A stretch of DNA of 64,000 nucleotides from Lama guanicoe (taxonomy: Eukaryota). The position numbers were made by a program, and so were the translations under genes. The notes beneath the pieces were generated by a model, which was given only the letters and a program-made list of their open reading frames with translations, was not told where the DNA came from and did no database searches. Positions 62,637 to 64,000 of this stretch are shown in pieces (position 1 is the stretch's first letter; each line of letters opens with the position of its first letter). The stretch lies in the NCBI GenBank assembly GCA_013239625.1, contig MU056029.1:1054001-1118000 (forward strand). Direction: 5' to 3'.

Positions 62637-63978
62637 TGTTGACTGAAATAAATGCACAGCCTAAAAGCTGAAAGTTATGTTTTATTTGGTGGACTCTTCT
62701 GAGGACTCAGCCCGGGGAGGACAGCCTCTCAGGTCCGCTCTGAGGGACTGCTCTGAAGGGGCAGGGGAGGAGCCAGGATGTACAGAAGTTTTTACAACAA
62801 AGACCAGGGAGTCAGAACATTAAAAGATCACTGTTAACTAAAGAAAACCAGACATCTCAATTTAAAGAATTTAGGACTTTCTAGGTATGGGAAGGTGCAA
62901 AGGTCTGGGCTCATTGAAATGTCCTTTGAGACACACCTAGCTGTCTAGGGCTGCAACAGAAAAGAACAAATCTGACCCCATATTAGATCTGTTCCTTTGG
63001 CTTTAACCCTGTGCCCTGTCTTCTAGGCTCAGTCTTGCTGGCTCTGCACCTTTGGTAAAGGACTGTTGCCTTTAGCCTGAAATATGCAGGAGAGCCTATT
63101 CTCAAGGCTCTGGCCTTTAAGGATATTAACACTTTTGCACATATATAAAGATAACAAGTCGCAGGGTATGGGTATGAGCCTAGAAAACAGGGCACAGAGT
63201 TAAAGCCAAAGGAACAGATCTAATATGGGGTCAGATTTGTTCTTTTCTGTTGCAGCCCTAGACAGCTAGGTGTGTCTCAAAGGGTGGTGGTAGTGGCTGA
63301 TGACTTGATGGCCACAGCATTCTTTGTTTATTGATATGGCTGGCACAGTCTTGCTGGCTCTGCACCTTTGGTAAAGGACTGTTGCCTTTAGCCTGAAATA
63401 TGCAGGAGAGCCTATTCTCAAGGCTCTGGCCTTTAAGGATATTAACACTTTTGCACATATATAAAGATAACAAGTCGCAGAATAGAAAATAACATTTTTT
63501 TGGTTAGACGTTTTGCAGGGGCACCAGGACCTGAACCGCGCGGACAGATGCAGTAACAAACAATTCCTACACCAAGAAGTCTGCAACAACCAACCACACC
63601 CCCTCCCCTTTTTAGTATAAAAGGAGCCTGTATTATGACTTGGGGAAGATGGTTATCTAAGACATTCATCTGCCATCTTCTCGGTCTACTAGTTTTCCAA
63701 ATAAAATCACTATTCCTTGCCCCAGCACCTCGTCTCCTGATTTATTGGCCTGTCGTGTAGCGAGCAGAACAAGTTTGGACTCAGTAACAGGGCCAGTGTT
63801 CTGTTCTTTCCCATCCCTCAGGGGGCACCACTGGGGGTGGCAGCAGAGGCCAGGCTGCCTGCTTGTTTGCATCCTGAGTTCCCTCCACTCACTGTCAGGG
63901 GTGGTGGTAGAGGCTGATGACTTGATGGCCACAGCATTCTTTGTTTATTGATATGGCTGGCAGTATTTTTCATTCACA
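62637..63978 (-). mobile_element. ERV1-type (MER41-like) solo LTR split by a younger LTR
   Basis: Two halves, 62637-62951 and 63790-63978, with TG...CA ends and AGC on both flanks. Minus-strand AATAAA near the 3' end (tttatt about 62681). Confidence 0.75.
62952..63789 (+). mobile_element. ERV1-class LTR, family X copy 5, nested and internally rearranged
   Basis: TG...CA termini, 4-bp TSD GGGC (62948-51 / 63790-93), and 316 bp of extra rearranged sequence. Confidence 0.92.
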
Positions 63979-64000
63979 AGCTCCAACTGATAATTCGAAA

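Noticed and set aside
1..64000. Prokaryotic-style systems (operons, CRISPR, defence islands), NUMT or non-retroviral viral insert
   Set aside because: No gene-dense ORF runs, repeat-spacer arrays, or recognisable mitochondrial or viral coding sequence.

Overview
Non-coding, repeat-rich mammalian DNA, most likely camelid. It carries tRNA-Ala-like SINEs resembling camelid Vic-1 and cetartiodactyl-type L1 3' ends; I saw no Alu, Bov-A or PRE-1-type SINEs. No complete protein-coding gene is supported: the ORF track is chance ORFs plus L1 remnants. The left half (1-25 kb) holds a nested L1 complex and several strong minus-strand splice sites next to GC-rich promoter-like patches. This suggests the 5' region of a minus-strand gene that I cannot name. 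The right half (37-64 kb) is unusually dense in ERV solo LTRs, including five copies of one family. It also has a near-identical 2.2-kb tandem duplication with both breakpoints inside LTRs, and a base-resolvable duplication/inversion/templated-insertion scar in an LTR nested inside another LTR. I do not see a defensible new biological system; the best leads are these structural features. Repeat family names come from recalled resemblance, not a database search. Edges of old repeats are approximate.
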